A stretch of 64,000 nucleotides of DNA from Octopus sinensis (taxonomy: Eukaryota). The position numbers and the translations under genes are program-made. The number at the start of each line of letters is the position of its first letter. Within the stretch, counting starts at the first letter, position 1. The stretch spans positions 18,352,001-18,416,000 of the forward strand of contig NC_043012.1 of assembly GCF_006345805.1 (NCBI RefSeq), in the 5' to 3' direction. The notes beneath the pieces are model-generated. The model did no database searches, was not told the origin of the DNA, and was given only the letters and a program-made list of their open reading frames with translations. Below are positions 11,029 to 25,290 of the stretch, piece by piece.

Positions 11029-14000
11029 GTATACCTTCTCTCTTTCTCTCACTGTCTCCAAATGTATTATAGAAATATATTATACAAATATATAATATAT
11101 AGATCGATTTGGTAGATGCGCATACACTTTATTTAAAAATGTGCTGGAAGATGCAACACGTTATCGTAAAGTATAGGATTCAGAAAATTGTTGTAACACT
11201 CACTGAACGTGGGTTCCTGATATCTACATTATAGTAAAAGGAAACAGAAATATATTGGTAAATCATATCTTTATATAATGCCGTTATATAAAGCTTAAAT
11301 AATCAAATTACATTTTGTGATGAACATACACTTTTTAACCTTATGATAATTTTGTTAATGAAGTAAGTTGGTGTAGAACAGGTACCTCCAGCTAGCACAT
11401 CAGTGCAGCCACTGATGTTTTCCTTACTTAATATAATAATTAATATTTAATTAATCCTACTCTTTATAACGTATTTGTGAAATGTGGAAAGTCTGTATGT
11501 TACATGTTTTCTGATAAATCTTAAATACTTTATCTTACTGTTTAGTCACATTACATGTTTCATCTTTATTCACAGAGAGCAAGTAGACTGGATCTAAACG
11601 TTTTAATACACATTCACCATTAACAGAAGCCGAGAACTCAACATATATGAGATTAGTAGAAATAAGTTGCTTATACATATTATACATATGTACGGGATGT
11701 AAGATAATTTATAAGCTAATTACATCTTGAAGAAATATATATATATATATTTTGCTCTGATGAACCTGTGTCTAGAAACGTTACAAGGCTAAGGTACTCG
11801 AGAGAGGATGATAGTCCTTGGTGTAACCATTTACTTTATTTTTCGCGATGGCAATAAAATCGTTAATGGAAATATTATTCTATACACTTCGAATTCTCCA
11901 AAAGAAAATGCCTTCTATTTCAACATTAATGCTTTCTTACTTTCTTTCTTTCTTTCTTTCTTTCTTTCCTTCTTTCTATTCTATATGTGTAGTCATATGT
12001 GTATTTGTTCTGATGTGTGCGTGTACGCGTATGACTTATGCTGATCAGTAAAGGCAAATAATAACAACAGCGAGTAAAACTTTAAACCGTTGGATTTCGA
12101 AAGAGTTTCCACGTTAATGTATGTTCTGCAGAGAACAAGGCAGCAAAAATCTCCGTTGTTTCATGCCATTCACGCAATCAATAGATGCCTTGAACCAGTG
12201 ATTAGTCCATTATAAACCTGCAACGAACGGCGCCGTTGTTCGCAGATTGTGATTTAAAATATACAAATGTAAAACAAAAAAAAAAAAGAAAGCGTGTGAA
12301 ATATCGAATGGTTGCATTAATATAAATCGTATTACTCTAAGGATATCTGTTAGAATTTATAAAAAAGATCGCATTTAGCATATGGAATTGAATATAAAAT
12401 CTGCCTAACAACACAATCTGCTGCCTTTCTCTCACTGTCAAAAATAAACATATAAATAAATACATAAAAAAATGAAAAGAGGTGTAATCCGAACGATCGC
12501 TGGTCTATTCATTGCTGAAGGCGGTTTTATGAGAATAATAACAGCAACTAATTGTACAGAGGCTGATCGTTTCGAAATAAAATTGAAATTCATGAATCGG
12601 CTTCCGATTTTTATTTTAATTTCAAACTATTTTACTGTGTTATTAGTGATATGTTCTAGAATAAGTTTATCAGGAGGCATTTTTCCTCTTTATAATATAA
12701 TGAATACATTCAGAATCCTTTTTAGCTGACATGCCTACATACCCACATTGACATACACACCCACAACCAAGCTCATACCTGCGAATATATACGCATACAC
12801 ATTTTACATACAAAGCGCAAACAGGAAAATTCAAAAGAAATACTCGCAAACGAAAGTCAGCTCTTAGTTTACTCGGAGACACCACATCCGCTTTAGCGTA
12901 TACTGGATTGTAAGCATGAAAGACTCAAGGCTATACATGAAATATTTAGCCTCATACAACAACCTTATAGTCACCCGCGTAGTAATAACAGTGACTCGGC
13001 AACATACACATGAGTAGACATTATACTTTTTAATATGCTATAAATATAGTGTATATGCATGGAATCTAAAAATACGTATGTATTCCTTCGGTTTTGCTAG
13101 ACGCATTTCTGGCAAGCAGACCTATATGTACATACGTACATACCATACCTTACATACATACAAAAAGATAAGGAGAATACACAAGCTTAGACATGACGGA
13201 TTCTTGGCGCCATGACTAAAATATATGGAAGCACATGAATGCAATACTTCCTGATAGTGTACGAAGAAAATGCTGGGGAACGTTGGCTTGTATTAATACA
13301 CACACGCGCGTGCATGTGTACATAGACATACACAGACAAACACACAAACACACACACAGATACACGCATATGCACACATGCAAACTTCAGACGTGTCATA
13401 AACAGTTTGAAGCACTAAAGCTTCGCAACCATATCACTCGTGCAAGAGATTTCAGATCTTATGGTGCGTAAATTATGAAAAATCTTGTTAGAATAAACAT
13501 TGGATTTTTATTGATTTCAGTTTCGAAGAGTTTTTTTTTCCTTTCATTCTAAAGAAAGAATCGACTTGAATTCTCCGCTGTTATCAACCAGATTCCTCAC
13601 AAATCGATGCACTACACAATATTTTCACGTATTATCATTGCAACAAATTTGCAGTGAAGAAAAACAAATCTTTTTATCTCTCTGTCGCCTATTTATAAAA
13701 AAAAACATATGTAAATATTGATTGGTTTGGTAGTTATTAAGGCGCGTGGAACAAAGTAAATAAAGAAATTAATAAATATCAGATTTATACTAGTATATCT
13801 ATAAAACCTATATAATCCTTTTTTATATTTTCTTTGATTTATCTATTGGTTTTGTTAATCATCTGAGCATTGTAAAATGTCCCTTGAAGGAATAGTATAA
13901 AGACCGAGTTGGATTAATATACTCGATAACTCTCTTGCAATAGTGAAAATAATTAAATTGTGAGGAAGTGTTTGGAATTGCACTGCTATTAATTTTATTG

Positions 14001-14699
14001 TTAAAAAAAAAAGAATCAACATTTTAAATGAGCAATTATAAAATCATATTATGATGTGTTTTTCTGATACTTTTCCCGGTTGCGTTTTAGATGAAGAGAA
14101 AATAGTAAAATTAGCGACTTCCAAATGACAGAGAAATTTATATCCTCTTCGAAGCATAACCCAAATTTACAACGAGAATTAATGATATTTTTGATCTGTG
14201 CACAAATATATTTAACGATCGGATAACTGTAACAAATTTAATGTGACCATAGGAAATTACTGGTATTTAATCCATCCAGTTTGAAGGACAGAATGACAAT
14301 GTAACCAGATTGTAACCTTAAAACTAGCTCTAAACAATTTACTTTACAAGTCCGAAGTCTCGCACTTTGTACAATCCTGACGAGTTTGCAATAATTATGA
14401 ATGACTGAAGTAAATTTTTGTAAGTTCACATCAACCAGAACACGTCTGACAATAAAACTTAGTATTACAAAAGCTATTTTAAACTTAAGCATTCATATAT
14501 AACTCAATTAAATATATTAATTAACTTCACTGACAATAATTTGAAAATGTCTAATATTAATATATTTTATACTTAAATGAATCTCATGGGGACAACAACG
14601 TTTTATTTAACATTTTTGTAATATATATATGATAACATGAAATGTGTTCTTTTTCAGAGGCTTACAATGCTATGTAGTTTGTCGCTAGAAATGGTTTTA

Positions 14700-15873
14700 A
14701 CAGGTCATCCCATAAGTTATCTCCGAATTTTGAATACAGAAAACAAGTGATCAAATGTTATATTTGATTGAAATTTAATCATCAAAGTACTTTCCCTGAT
14801 TATCTATGACTTCTGTCCATGTATTTGCAAGTTTTATATCCCATCAATGTAAAACTCTTTTGGTTTCAAAGCGAAGAACTCTGAAATGTCAGTTTCGACT
14901 TCCTCCTGGCTTGCAAAGGTTATGCACCCCCAAATGATTCTGTAAACTACGAAACAAATGGTAGCCTGAAGGAGCAAAGTAGGGAGAATAAGGTAGATGA
15001 GGAATTTTTTCCCAACCAATCTCTTCGATCTTCTGTGATGTGGAATTTGCAGTGTGGGGTCGCGCATTGTCCTGATGAAACATCACTCCTATTTGATTCA
15101 CTAAATCAGGTCTTTTTACTTCAAAGCTTGGTTCAAACGCTCTAATTGCTGACAGAAGACTTGAGCATTGATTGTTGCATTAGGTGGTAACAATTCAAAG
15201 TGAATTGCCCCTTTGCAATCCCATCAGATAGAGAGAAGAAACTTTTTCCCATGAAGTTCCCTTCTTGGTTATGGTTGAGCTCTTTCCCTTTTACCAAGCC
15301 ACTGTTTACGACGTTTAACATTTGGCTAGAAGATCCATTTTCCATCACCAGTCGCAAGTCTATCCAAAAAGGGTGAAATGAGTTCGCGAGAATGGTGAGA
15401 AGAACAGATGTCAACTCGCGATTTTTGGTTGCTTTCGGACAATCCAAGAGGCACCCAGTTTCCAAGTTTATGAAACTTTCCAAGTTCTTGAAGATGACGA
15501 TGAACTGTTGTATGGTTTGAACTAAGCTTTGTTGCCAACTCTTCAACTGATACTCCAAGATTTTCTACAAGTAATGCCTCAAGGAGCTTATCATAAAACG
15601 CAACTAGAAGTCCTGTTCGATCTTTATCTTCAAGGCCGAAATCTCCTCTTCTGAATTTTGCAAATAAATCTTCGACAATTTCTTCCATTGAAGCATTCTT
15701 TCCCATAAACTGACTGCATGTTTCGAGTCTCTTCGGCTGCAGAGTTTCCTTTTCTGTACTCATACAACATTATGTGTCTCAAATGCTCTTTGGATACTTC
15801 CTTGTTAGAAAGGGTTTTAATGAAAGAAATGTTAATTCTATAAAAATCGGGCAGACCTTGTGATTTGACGGGA
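14700..15873 (-). mobile_element. Degraded mariner (DD34D-type) DNA transposon
   Basis: Transposase motifs GNWVPLGLSE, FLDRLATGDGKWIF, FHQDNARPHTA, HLPYSPYFAPSGYHLF. Diverged ~32-bp TIRs at 14700-14731 and 15842-15873 align without gaps, with TA on each outer side. Confidence 0.9.
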
Positions 15874-16319
15874 TAGTTTGGACAGGAATATGATATATAA
15901 ATCAGAACACTAGTCCCCCACTAGGTGTGTCTTCTTGTATTTCCTATTACGCATGGCACATCAATACACTGTTATTTCCGGATAAGACTAACTCTGAAAA
16001 GCAGATAAGTAACAGATACAGTAAAAAAGGATAAGTTGATTATTATTAACTATTTGCCTATCAAAATAATTTTTGAAGATTAAATCAGTTCTTGCTATCC
16101 CTACGCTATAACAAGTTCGTTATCTTAAAATAAGTAAAAGCAAAGCAGAATGAGAACATAGGTCAAACCCAAAGAGGAACAAGCTCTGGAGTGAATATGA
16201 AGGAATTTCATACAAATGTAAATACCCGAAATAAGTGCTGGAACCTTAGTGCGACGTACAGTAGAAATGAGTAAGAACTCGATAGACACTCGCGCGCACA
16301 CACAATCAAAACGCAAGTA

Positions 16320-16350
<31 letters not shown>

Positions 16351-16380
16351 GTGTGTGGTGTGTGTGTATGTGTGCGTGTG

Positions 16381-16421
<41 letters not shown>

Positions 16422-16433
16422 TGTGTGTGTGTA

Positions 16434-17299
16434 TGCGAGGTGTAGTGAAAACGTATCCGACCTTTGGTAAAAAAAATTAATATTAAAAATCTAATCATTT
16501 TGATTTCTTCAAATATTTGCCTTCGGAGCCTACATATTTTTTACCAGAGTTGTTGCCATCCCTGGAAACATTTCTGGAAATCACTTTTTGCGATGCTGCA
16601 GAGCTGTGCCCTCACATTTTGCTGAATGCCCTCTGTTGACTCAAATGTGCTTCCTTTGCGTATATTCTTGAGCCTTGGAAATAGTTAAAAATCACACGGA
16701 GCCAAGAATGGGGTGGATGAATACTGACGAACAGGTGGTGTGTTTTGCTTGACGAGTAATACTTGGACGACGTGGGCAGAATGAGCGTGTGCGTTGTCAT
16801 GGTGGAGTTGCCAGTTTTTTGCAGTCCACAGGCCGGGTCGTTTGCGCCGCAGACTTTCACAAATGCGATACAGAAGCCCCAGGCAATATTCTTTGTTTAT
16901 TGTCTGGTCACAATGTGGTACATTGTCCACTGAGGTGTAGCCGTCTTTGAACTGGCTGTATCACTCCCTTATTTGTGTTTTACTCATAGTATCATCTCCA
17001 AAAGCCTTCTGAACATTCTTGATGGACTGGGCTAGCGTATGACCAAGTTTTTGGCAGAATTTAATACATAATCTTTCCTCAATGTGCTCGATCATCCTGA
17101 ATTAAAAAGAAAAATTGCGCAGCACTCTTTCGACGTCTGTACCAAACGCGTCACTGTGGGCAAATGGCACAATCTGCGGACATGAAACTGTTTACGGCTG
17201 CTCAGAAAGGACGCGGCCACCTAATTCCTGTGCGAAATTTGCTCACGCATTATTAATTTCTGCAAAAGATCAAGTTCGGATACATTTCACTACACCGCG
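16434..17299 (-). mobile_element. Internally deleted mariner-type transposon
   Basis: TIRs GGTGTAGTGAAA(A)CGTATCCGA and TCGGATACATTTCACTACACC, with TA at 16432 and 17300. C-terminal motifs WQLHHDNAHAHS and PFLAPCDF; N-terminal half missing. Confidence 0.88.
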
Positions 17300-17304
17300 T
17301 ACAT

Positions 17305-17336
<32 letters not shown>

Positions 17337-17353
17337 CACACACACACACACAC

Positions 17354-17453
<100 letters not shown>

Positions 17454-18813
17454 CAGACATATACTTTCTAAAGAACATACATCTAGTTTCAAGAAAGCCG
17501 TGTAATTTCAATTTTTGAAGATTTACCAGATTATACGTTGTTGTAAGCTGTGTCTATGGTCAAACATCTACATAAGCTGCATTCTTCCAGTAAGAAAGTA
17601 TTTACGAATACATAATTCAGCATATGGTAATCCGTTACACGAAAAGTATAATAACTCTAGAAGGTAATGATGATTTAAACAAATATAACCTAGTCCTTAT
17701 GTCGTAAATTCCTTAAATATACAATATTGGAAACAGTTATCACAAAATTATCTTTGTCATCAATGTGTACATTCATTACTTACATGTCTATATTTATTTA
17801 AACACACAAACTAACACACACGCACATACTCGCGCGCGCACACATTATGATCAATTCAGTTCCAATTCTATAGGTAACACCCATCGAAATCAAACCACAA
17901 AGTATATAAATTTCGATCATCACCTACGTCGTTTATGCAAATTATTATCTTATATCAATTTATCATTATTCCTATCAAAACAAAATATATTTACGTATTA
18001 ATGTGGATGATATTCTGATAGAATTCGGTTAAACAAACAGATCACACTACGTAACATTAAAACAGTTACAATTCTATTCTTATCTTTACAGGTAGCTGGC
18101 AATTTACATCTAATATCGAATTTCTAGCTGAAAAAGCATTTAAATATTATTAAAAATGGATTTGAAACTCTGAAAAATTTATTTCCAAGTTTGTTATAGA
18201 TTAGATATAATTATTACGACAGTTATTCATTATTTTTACACGACACTAGGATGACAAGGCAACAAAATCGTGACCACAACGGTCACAATGCTCAGGGCTG
18301 TTCCTATGGTTTTACATTCTGGTATGAAAAATCTCCGAGGTTGACTTTCCTTTCGTCTTTTCAAAAGAATTTGAGTGCTCAGATCTGCATAATCCAGTAT
18401 CATCTTCTACAAAGTTTCAGGCTTTGTGTCTATGTGATTTACTCAATGATGAAACAGAGATAATTCTATACCTTATCCGAACATATTTCCACTGATTCAT
18501 TTTAGCCATTTTCGTTTAGAAACGAACATTTTTTTATTAGTGTCTTAGCCAGGTAGTACTGTTTAGCATATATTTCAATAATAATATTTGGATATCCATA
18601 CCAATTATCCACCAATGACATTAGTTATGCATGCTTCAGAATAACAATGTATTGCTCGGTATACATTACCTTGTATATTTTCTAAATTGAACTAGACGTA
18701 TATTATGTAATTGTAAAACACATGTAATATAGAAACATATTACTGACAATTAAATTTATCTGTATGTTAAATAAATATATGTGCGCGTGTTTACGTGTGT
18801 GAACGTGTTTTTA

Positions 18814-18864
<51 letters not shown>

Positions 18865-20200
18865 AGTCATGCATGCATAACATACGTACACATATGCACA
18901 CGCACATACACACATACACATACACACACTCACACATAATATTCGTGTAAATAAATATTGTGTAATTACATATAAATAAAGTGTCACATCAGCTTCTGTA
19001 TATTTCGAAAATATTCCGACAGAAAATATTTAAGTCAAAATTTGTTTTATTCATGAAATATATTTTATCATAACTACTGAAAATTAAGTCCTCTTAAGAT
19101 ATATGGAACCATCAAGTAGATAACCCCAGAATAAATTATTAAAACCCGAAAAAAAAAACTATGTTTTCCTAATACATATAATCATACTTGTTAAAATTAT
19201 GTAAGAATTATGAATCTAAATCAATAAGAAAATTAAGCTAATTACGCTCATCGAAGTTGCCTAATCACTAACGCAACAGATAACCGTTTAATAATAGTAT
19301 TTACAGTCAACACTCTGGCGTCAAAAGAAAATATTTATACATACTAATCGTAGTAATTTTTTCATAGCATTGAATTAAATTACCATTTTCTTTATATCTT
19401 GAGAAATATGACGGTAATGGTTTAAAACTGTGTACAGAGACACTAATATGACATGTTTGTAAGGAAATTAAAGACATTATAGAGTAAATGTCTGGTTTGA
19501 TACGTTCCTTTTAACAAACACATAATATTTAATAGTTTACTTATGTAAGCTAGCGTCACTTTTGTGGAACCGTCATAAATATTTTATATCCAATCAAACC
19601 GACACCAGTTTTTACTCTTTTAAAGACTGGAAAATATTTCATCGGTTCAGCATACCACCCCGCTCAGTTATGGTAACCAGCACCGGTCGTAAAGCGGTAG
19701 TGGTCTAATACAGTCACAAATAAAGAAACTCGCATGCACAGACACAAATACACACACATACACACTCGCATACGCACTCACACATACACACGTGCAAACA
19801 TACACACATACGCAGCAGATGTAGAGGGCTTAGAGAATAGGCTCTGTTCTTTCCTATTCCTTTTTACCTTTTTTTATTGTATTTTACGCTTTTGTGTTCA
19901 CTCTGATGAAGCTGCATATACTAGATCGAATGCCCTATGAAGATGACGTATATTATTTTCAAAGTTCTTCCGTGAGCACCGACTTTCATTGGAAGGGGAA
20001 ACTGCGGTAACAAATGTTATCTCATAGAAATGTTATTTCAGGTTTTGTATTAAAAATAATCTACAGATGTGGTCCAATCTGTTTGTTTGTTGATCAAAAG
20101 TTCTCTCTCCAGTTACTGATTATTAAAATTTTACATATATGTATACATACATACATATATATAAACACAGGAATTTATTTTTTCATAACGTTTTCCCGAT

Positions 20201-20272
20201 GGCCGGATAAGTGAAGAGATGGCGGAGTGGATTTCCACCTCGGCATCCGAAACTCGGATTTTTATCATGGCT
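20201..20272 (+). ncRNA. Degenerate type I hammerhead-like motif (probable PLE pseudo-LTR remnant)
   Basis: GATAA-gTGAAGA-[GATG..GTGG ATTT CCAC..CATC]-C-GAAAC-TCGGATT-TTTATC. Stems I and II are recognisable; C3 and the cleavage triplet are mutated. Confidence 0.5.
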
Positions 20273-20310
20273 ACCGAATAATTGTCACATATCACATTTA
20301 CAGATATATA

Positions 20311-20720
20311 CCACACAGGTGTGGCTGTGTGGTAAGTAGCTTGCTTACCAGCCACATAGTTCCGGGTTCAGTCTACGTGGCATCTTGGGCAAGTGTCTTC
20401 TGCTATAGCCTCGGGCCGACTAATGCCTTGTGAATGGATTAGTTAGACGGAAACTGAAAGAAGCATGTCGGATATATGTATATATATATATATGTATGTC
20501 TGTGTGTTTGTGTGTCTGTGTTTGTCCCCATAGCAGTGCTTGAAAACCGATGCTGGTGTTTTTATGTCCCCGTCACTTAGCGGTTCGGCAAAAAGAGACC
20601 GATAGAATAAGTACTGGGCTTACGAAGAATAAGTCCCGGGGTCGAGTTGCTCGATTAAAGGCGGTGCTCCAGCATGGCCGCAGTCAAGTGACTGAAACAA
20701 GTAAAAGAGAATAAAAGAGA
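20311..20720 (+). mobile_element. SINE family 1, full-length copy
   Basis: A-box-like TGGCTGTGTGG, B-box-like GGTTCAGTC, CORE-like TTGGGCAAGTG, internal TA/TG tract, GGCGGTGCTCCAGCATGGCC tail. Confidence 0.93.
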
Positions 20721-20924
20721 AATATATATATATATTTTTTCGAAATGAAGAGTAGAGGGACAGTCGACAACTGATGAAGGGTCTTATCTCTGTTTTCTAC
20801 TTGTCCTGTCTTCCATTTTCTCGTCAGTCACGTATTTTACCCGTTTTTCCCTCGTCTGTTTAGGTATTTTATGTTATTTGAACCAAACACTGGTGACGTC
20901 CTGTGCCCATGTATGCATGTATAT

Positions 20925-20972
<48 letters not shown>

Positions 20973-20974
<2 letters not shown>

Positions 20975-21053
20975 CGGGAAGCTTTATGAAAATAAACAAA
21001 AGACGAAGGCAGGTGGAAAACAAACGAACAATTGTATTAGTATGGCGCTCAGG

Positions 21054-21056
<3 letters not shown>
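20973..21056 (-). mobile_element. Truncated copy of the (TA)n-associated element also found at 50622 and 62416
   Basis: GAAAATAAACAAAAGACGAAGGCAGGTGG...TGTATTAGTATGGCGCTCAGGAA matches both other copies; (TA)n on both sides. Confidence 0.75.
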
Positions 21057-21278
<222 letters not shown>

Positions 21279-22650
21279 AAACATGAGTAGCGTATTTGTC
21301 TATATTTGATCTGCTTCCGAAAATATAATCATTTGTACACAGCTGTTTAAACCACAAGTATGATCTCATGATATCGAGAGAGGCAATATCAAACATACTG
21401 CAAAAGAATATCACCCTTATTTTTAATAATATTATTCATATAAGTGTGTGCATGTGTGTGTGTTTGTGAGTCTGTGATTATGTGTATGTGAAATCAACAT
21501 TGAATAAATGCAATAACATAGTAAATGTGTAAACCCCAAAAATTGAAGTTTTCTCTCCTGACAACGATAATCAATTCTGCCATTTATTCTAATGATGTAT
21601 ACTAGAAGATCGATTTTTTTTACACTTGTTTGAAAATTTTTAGCCTTAAACAATTGCATGTGTGTTTCAAAAATCGTTTGAAAGATCTATGAAATAGTTC
21701 TTCTAATCGAAATTATTAAACAAAAATATAAAGGAAGTGTTTCAATATCGACATCAAATGTACAGAGGAGTCTTCTGACGAAAGTTTCACTAAATATTGA
21801 ATTACATCAAAAAGTGTTTGTACTTGAGTAAAATTTTTGAGAAGTGACAATGAGAACCATAATATGAAGTAGAAGTTTAACGACGCATCTGTAGGACACA
21901 ATAAAAGGCACAATATTATGTGAATAAATGTTTGTCGGATTTAAAAAAAAACTAAAGTAATGCATTAGATGTTTGCACACCTGTCAGGAAGATGTCTATG
22001 ATCAGTAATCATAATAGGAAACATTTAAATACTCATGTTCTTTGAAAGAACTAAAAAAAGGCTTAAAGAAAATTGAGATGCTTCAGTAGTACACAACATA
22101 CAAAAGATGACATGATAACTAGATCGATGAGGTGAACTTAGAGATAGACATTAAGTACAATACTGAAATATTAAAGTAACTGTTTATATTTGATGAGGGG
22201 CAAATATCGATTGTGAGTGTTTTATCCGTACTACCAGTGAAATAGTTAATACTATGATATAGTTAATACTATGAAGGAAACTGTTAACAAAATGGCCGAT
22301 ACTGCTAAAAGTATGAGGAAATTGTTTAAAATATTAATATATCTATTATCGATGATATTATTATATCTGCATTTGACGTTGAAAGATATTTTGTTTCAAG
22401 TATGCGCGATAATCATATAACCATGCATTATGATTGTGAAAAATATGAGAAGTATTTTTAAAAATGAGAGTGATATTGTTTGGCAGTGTGCTTGATATTG
22501 GTAAAGTGTAGCTTATTTAGAACTAAAATCCAACAATGAATAATATCATCAACACAAACAATGACGTTCTTGAGCTTTCGTATTTTGCACAGAATATGAG
22601 ACATTCTTTAATGCATGTGCGATTTATAAATATTTGTAAAGTGGAAAGGG

Positions 22651-22703
<53 letters not shown>

Positions 22704-23145
22704 ATATTGATATTGATATTGTTATTTAGAACAATACTTATCTTACAGTCGTTGTCGCAAGTTTGTTAGCATTAGTTTTGGCTACCGCTGTTGATTTCTA
22801 TTTTGATTAAATATATAACACAACTTTCGATAGAACTTGGCATTTTGTATCCCAAATAGTAAGCGTTCGTGCCACTAATGGTACAGATGTCTAAACAAAA
22901 TTCTTGTTTAGGAAACCATTGTAATGCTTTCCCGTCCATTTTTTATTTTTGCTGCGTTTCTTGTAATTTTTCAATGAGCAATCTTCGCAAATTCATGAAT
23001 TAAAAGCTTCCCTATTTTGCAGCTTTTCTACTGAAACGTATATGGCAGGTGAGTCTTTTTATACACTTGAACAACTTGTGGGAGAGAAGTCATATGTGCA
23101 CATGTAGAGCATTTCGATTGCAAATATCTTATACAATATATTATA

Positions 23146-23500
23146 TTTCCTTTTATCTTTTAATTCTTTTGGTCATTAGATTGCAGCCTTGCTTTGACAT
23201 CGCCTTGAAAAACGTCCAGTCGAATCATTCTCACGCCAGTACTTATCTTTTTAAAGTCTGGTACTTATTCTATCGGTCACTTTTTTCGAACCCTTGAGTT
23301 ACGAGGACAAGCACAGACAAAAAGATACACACACATGCACGCACATACACACACACATATACGGCCAAATCCACTCACAAGTCTTTGGTAGGTCCGAGGT
23401 CTTAGTAGAAGACACTTGCCTGTTGTTGGACGCTTTGCCACTGAACCTGGAACCTTGTGGTTGCGAAACAACATTCTTATCAGACCGCCATGCCTGCGGC
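23146..23500 (-). mobile_element. SINE family 1, old diverged copy
   Basis: TACTTATTCTATCGGTC, AAATCCACTCACAAG, TAGTAGAAGACACTTGCC and CTGAACCTGGAACC occur in the expected order. Confidence 0.8.
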
Positions 23501-24229
23501 TACTATAATATATTTTATCAGTATGCTTTCTATAAAATTATGCGGAAATGAATAAAATCATTATTTGTGATTTAGCCTCAAGTCTTCTCTTATCTATTTG
23601 ACCGATGACCAGCCTGGTGTTTACGACTGGAAGTGACGTTAACGTATATCAAAAGATAATTAAGAATTTTACTATTTGCGTTACTGTACTCTCTCTCTAT
23701 ACTGTGGTTCAAAGGTGCACTATATTTGGCGTTGAACAACTGCTCGACCAATCTATTCTGAAGCACAAATTTCCGAAACAATGTAAATTTGATTTGAATC
23801 GATTTTTATAACGCTAACACTTACTGCCGCATTGGATTTCTAATGATGCAACCACAACGACGTTCAAAACACCTGTCTTGTGTTGTGTATTATATTTCAT
23901 CGCAGTTGGTAAAGAATAAGGCCGTTGGTCACAGGTTTTTGTCTGTCCAGACTGTACTTCAGAACAAATATTGAGCTCTTACCAGTGCACTATTGCAAAA
24001 CGACAGATAGCGAAACCACACACAGACACAGACACACACACACACACAACACACACACACACACAACACACACACTCACTCACATACACACACAAGCGTG
24101 TGCGCGTGTCAGTGTACATGTATTGTCTTTGTATATGTATGTATGCATGTATGTATGTATGTGTGTATGTATGCATGAGAGTATGTGTGTATGTCTATAT
24201 CTATCTATCAATCTAAATTACTTATTTAA

Positions 24230-25290
24230 AGGTCATAATACATGTATTAAAGAGCTACCAACAGTTTCATATGTTGAGACAGCTCAAAAATATTCTTCAG
24301 GCGCAAACCACATATAGTGAACCAAAGAAATTGAATAATAGATAAAACGCGAAAAAGCTGAAAACGCAGACAGTAAACGACGGAAAACGAAAAACAGAAA
24401 CAAAAAAGTAAAAAGTAGAATTGTAAAAGTGATATCCTCCTGAGACCTTAAATGATAAGACTGGAAAGATATCAAGTCAGTCAGGAATAGTCGGAAGTCT
24501 CCAATTCTTTAAAATATATTTATACATATGCATGCAACCACTGGAAACTCCTGACCTGGAGTTCAATAGAGAGTTTGGGATATTGGATCTGAACAGGATT
24601 TGCGCTCTTTCAGCCAAATAAATTCTACATTTATTCGATCTATTCAGAGAAAGTATGGATTTCTCAATTACTTTTGGTTTATGATATAGTTCCTTGTGTA
24701 TTAATTGCGGTTTTATAAATCACATGCTGTACTTCATTATGTTTCAAACTCCATACGTACCTAGCCGAGTTAGTAGCTTTACTTTTGTCCCTATGTCGGA
24801 AGGAGGCCATGTGATTGGCATGGCGATTTTTAAATTCACCTACACATAATTTGAGTCATATGTTCAAGGAGCTCTTATGCACATTTTCCGCATTTGAAAT
24901 GACAGACACAAAGTTTTGAGAAACAGAGTCTGTAGTTGAGATGGGATGGCTAATATATCTAACAGGTTGACCGATCTGGTATGATATATTGAAAACCGGT
25001 GAGCACAATGATATACACATCATTTAAACAAACAATGTTTACAAGTAAAATTGATAAAGTTCACTATACAATAAATTTAATACAAATTGTATTCGTCTGG
25101 GGTAATTCTCCTTCGACATCCTGGAACTATTTTGTGGGAGGTAGCTCAATAACTAAAAATGAAATTAGCTATACTATCACGAAGAATTGCATTTGATTAA
25201 CAACAAGCGCATAACGTTTCGGTTGCAAAACTTTTCGTTTATGATATAGTTATTTGTGTATTAATTGCCGTTTTATAAATGTTGCTATCA
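24230..25290 (-). mobile_element. Penelope-like element 3' remnant (GIY-YIG C-terminus plus pseudo-LTR)
   Basis: Minus-strand translation GEFKNRHANHMASFRHRDKSKATNSARYVWSLK (~24840-24745) and NKCRIYLAERAQILF...LLNSRSGVSSGCMH (~24635-24528). Followed downstream by a hammerhead motif; ~44-bp direct repeat at 24678 and 25237. Confidence 0.78.
24252..24304 (-). ncRNA. Type I hammerhead ribozyme motif with intact canonical core
   Basis: Minus strand: GCGC CTGAAGA ATAT-TT-TTGAG CTGT CTCAA-C-ATAT GAAAC TGTTG GTA GCTC. Stem II has 4+5 bp, stem III is minimal, stem I has 3 of 4 pairs. Confidence 0.78.

Noticed and set aside
12050-12720. Possible conserved non-coding regulatory element
   Set aside because: Repeat-free and rich in homeodomain-like motifs, but such motifs are expected by chance in AT-rich DNA; cross-species alignment is needed.
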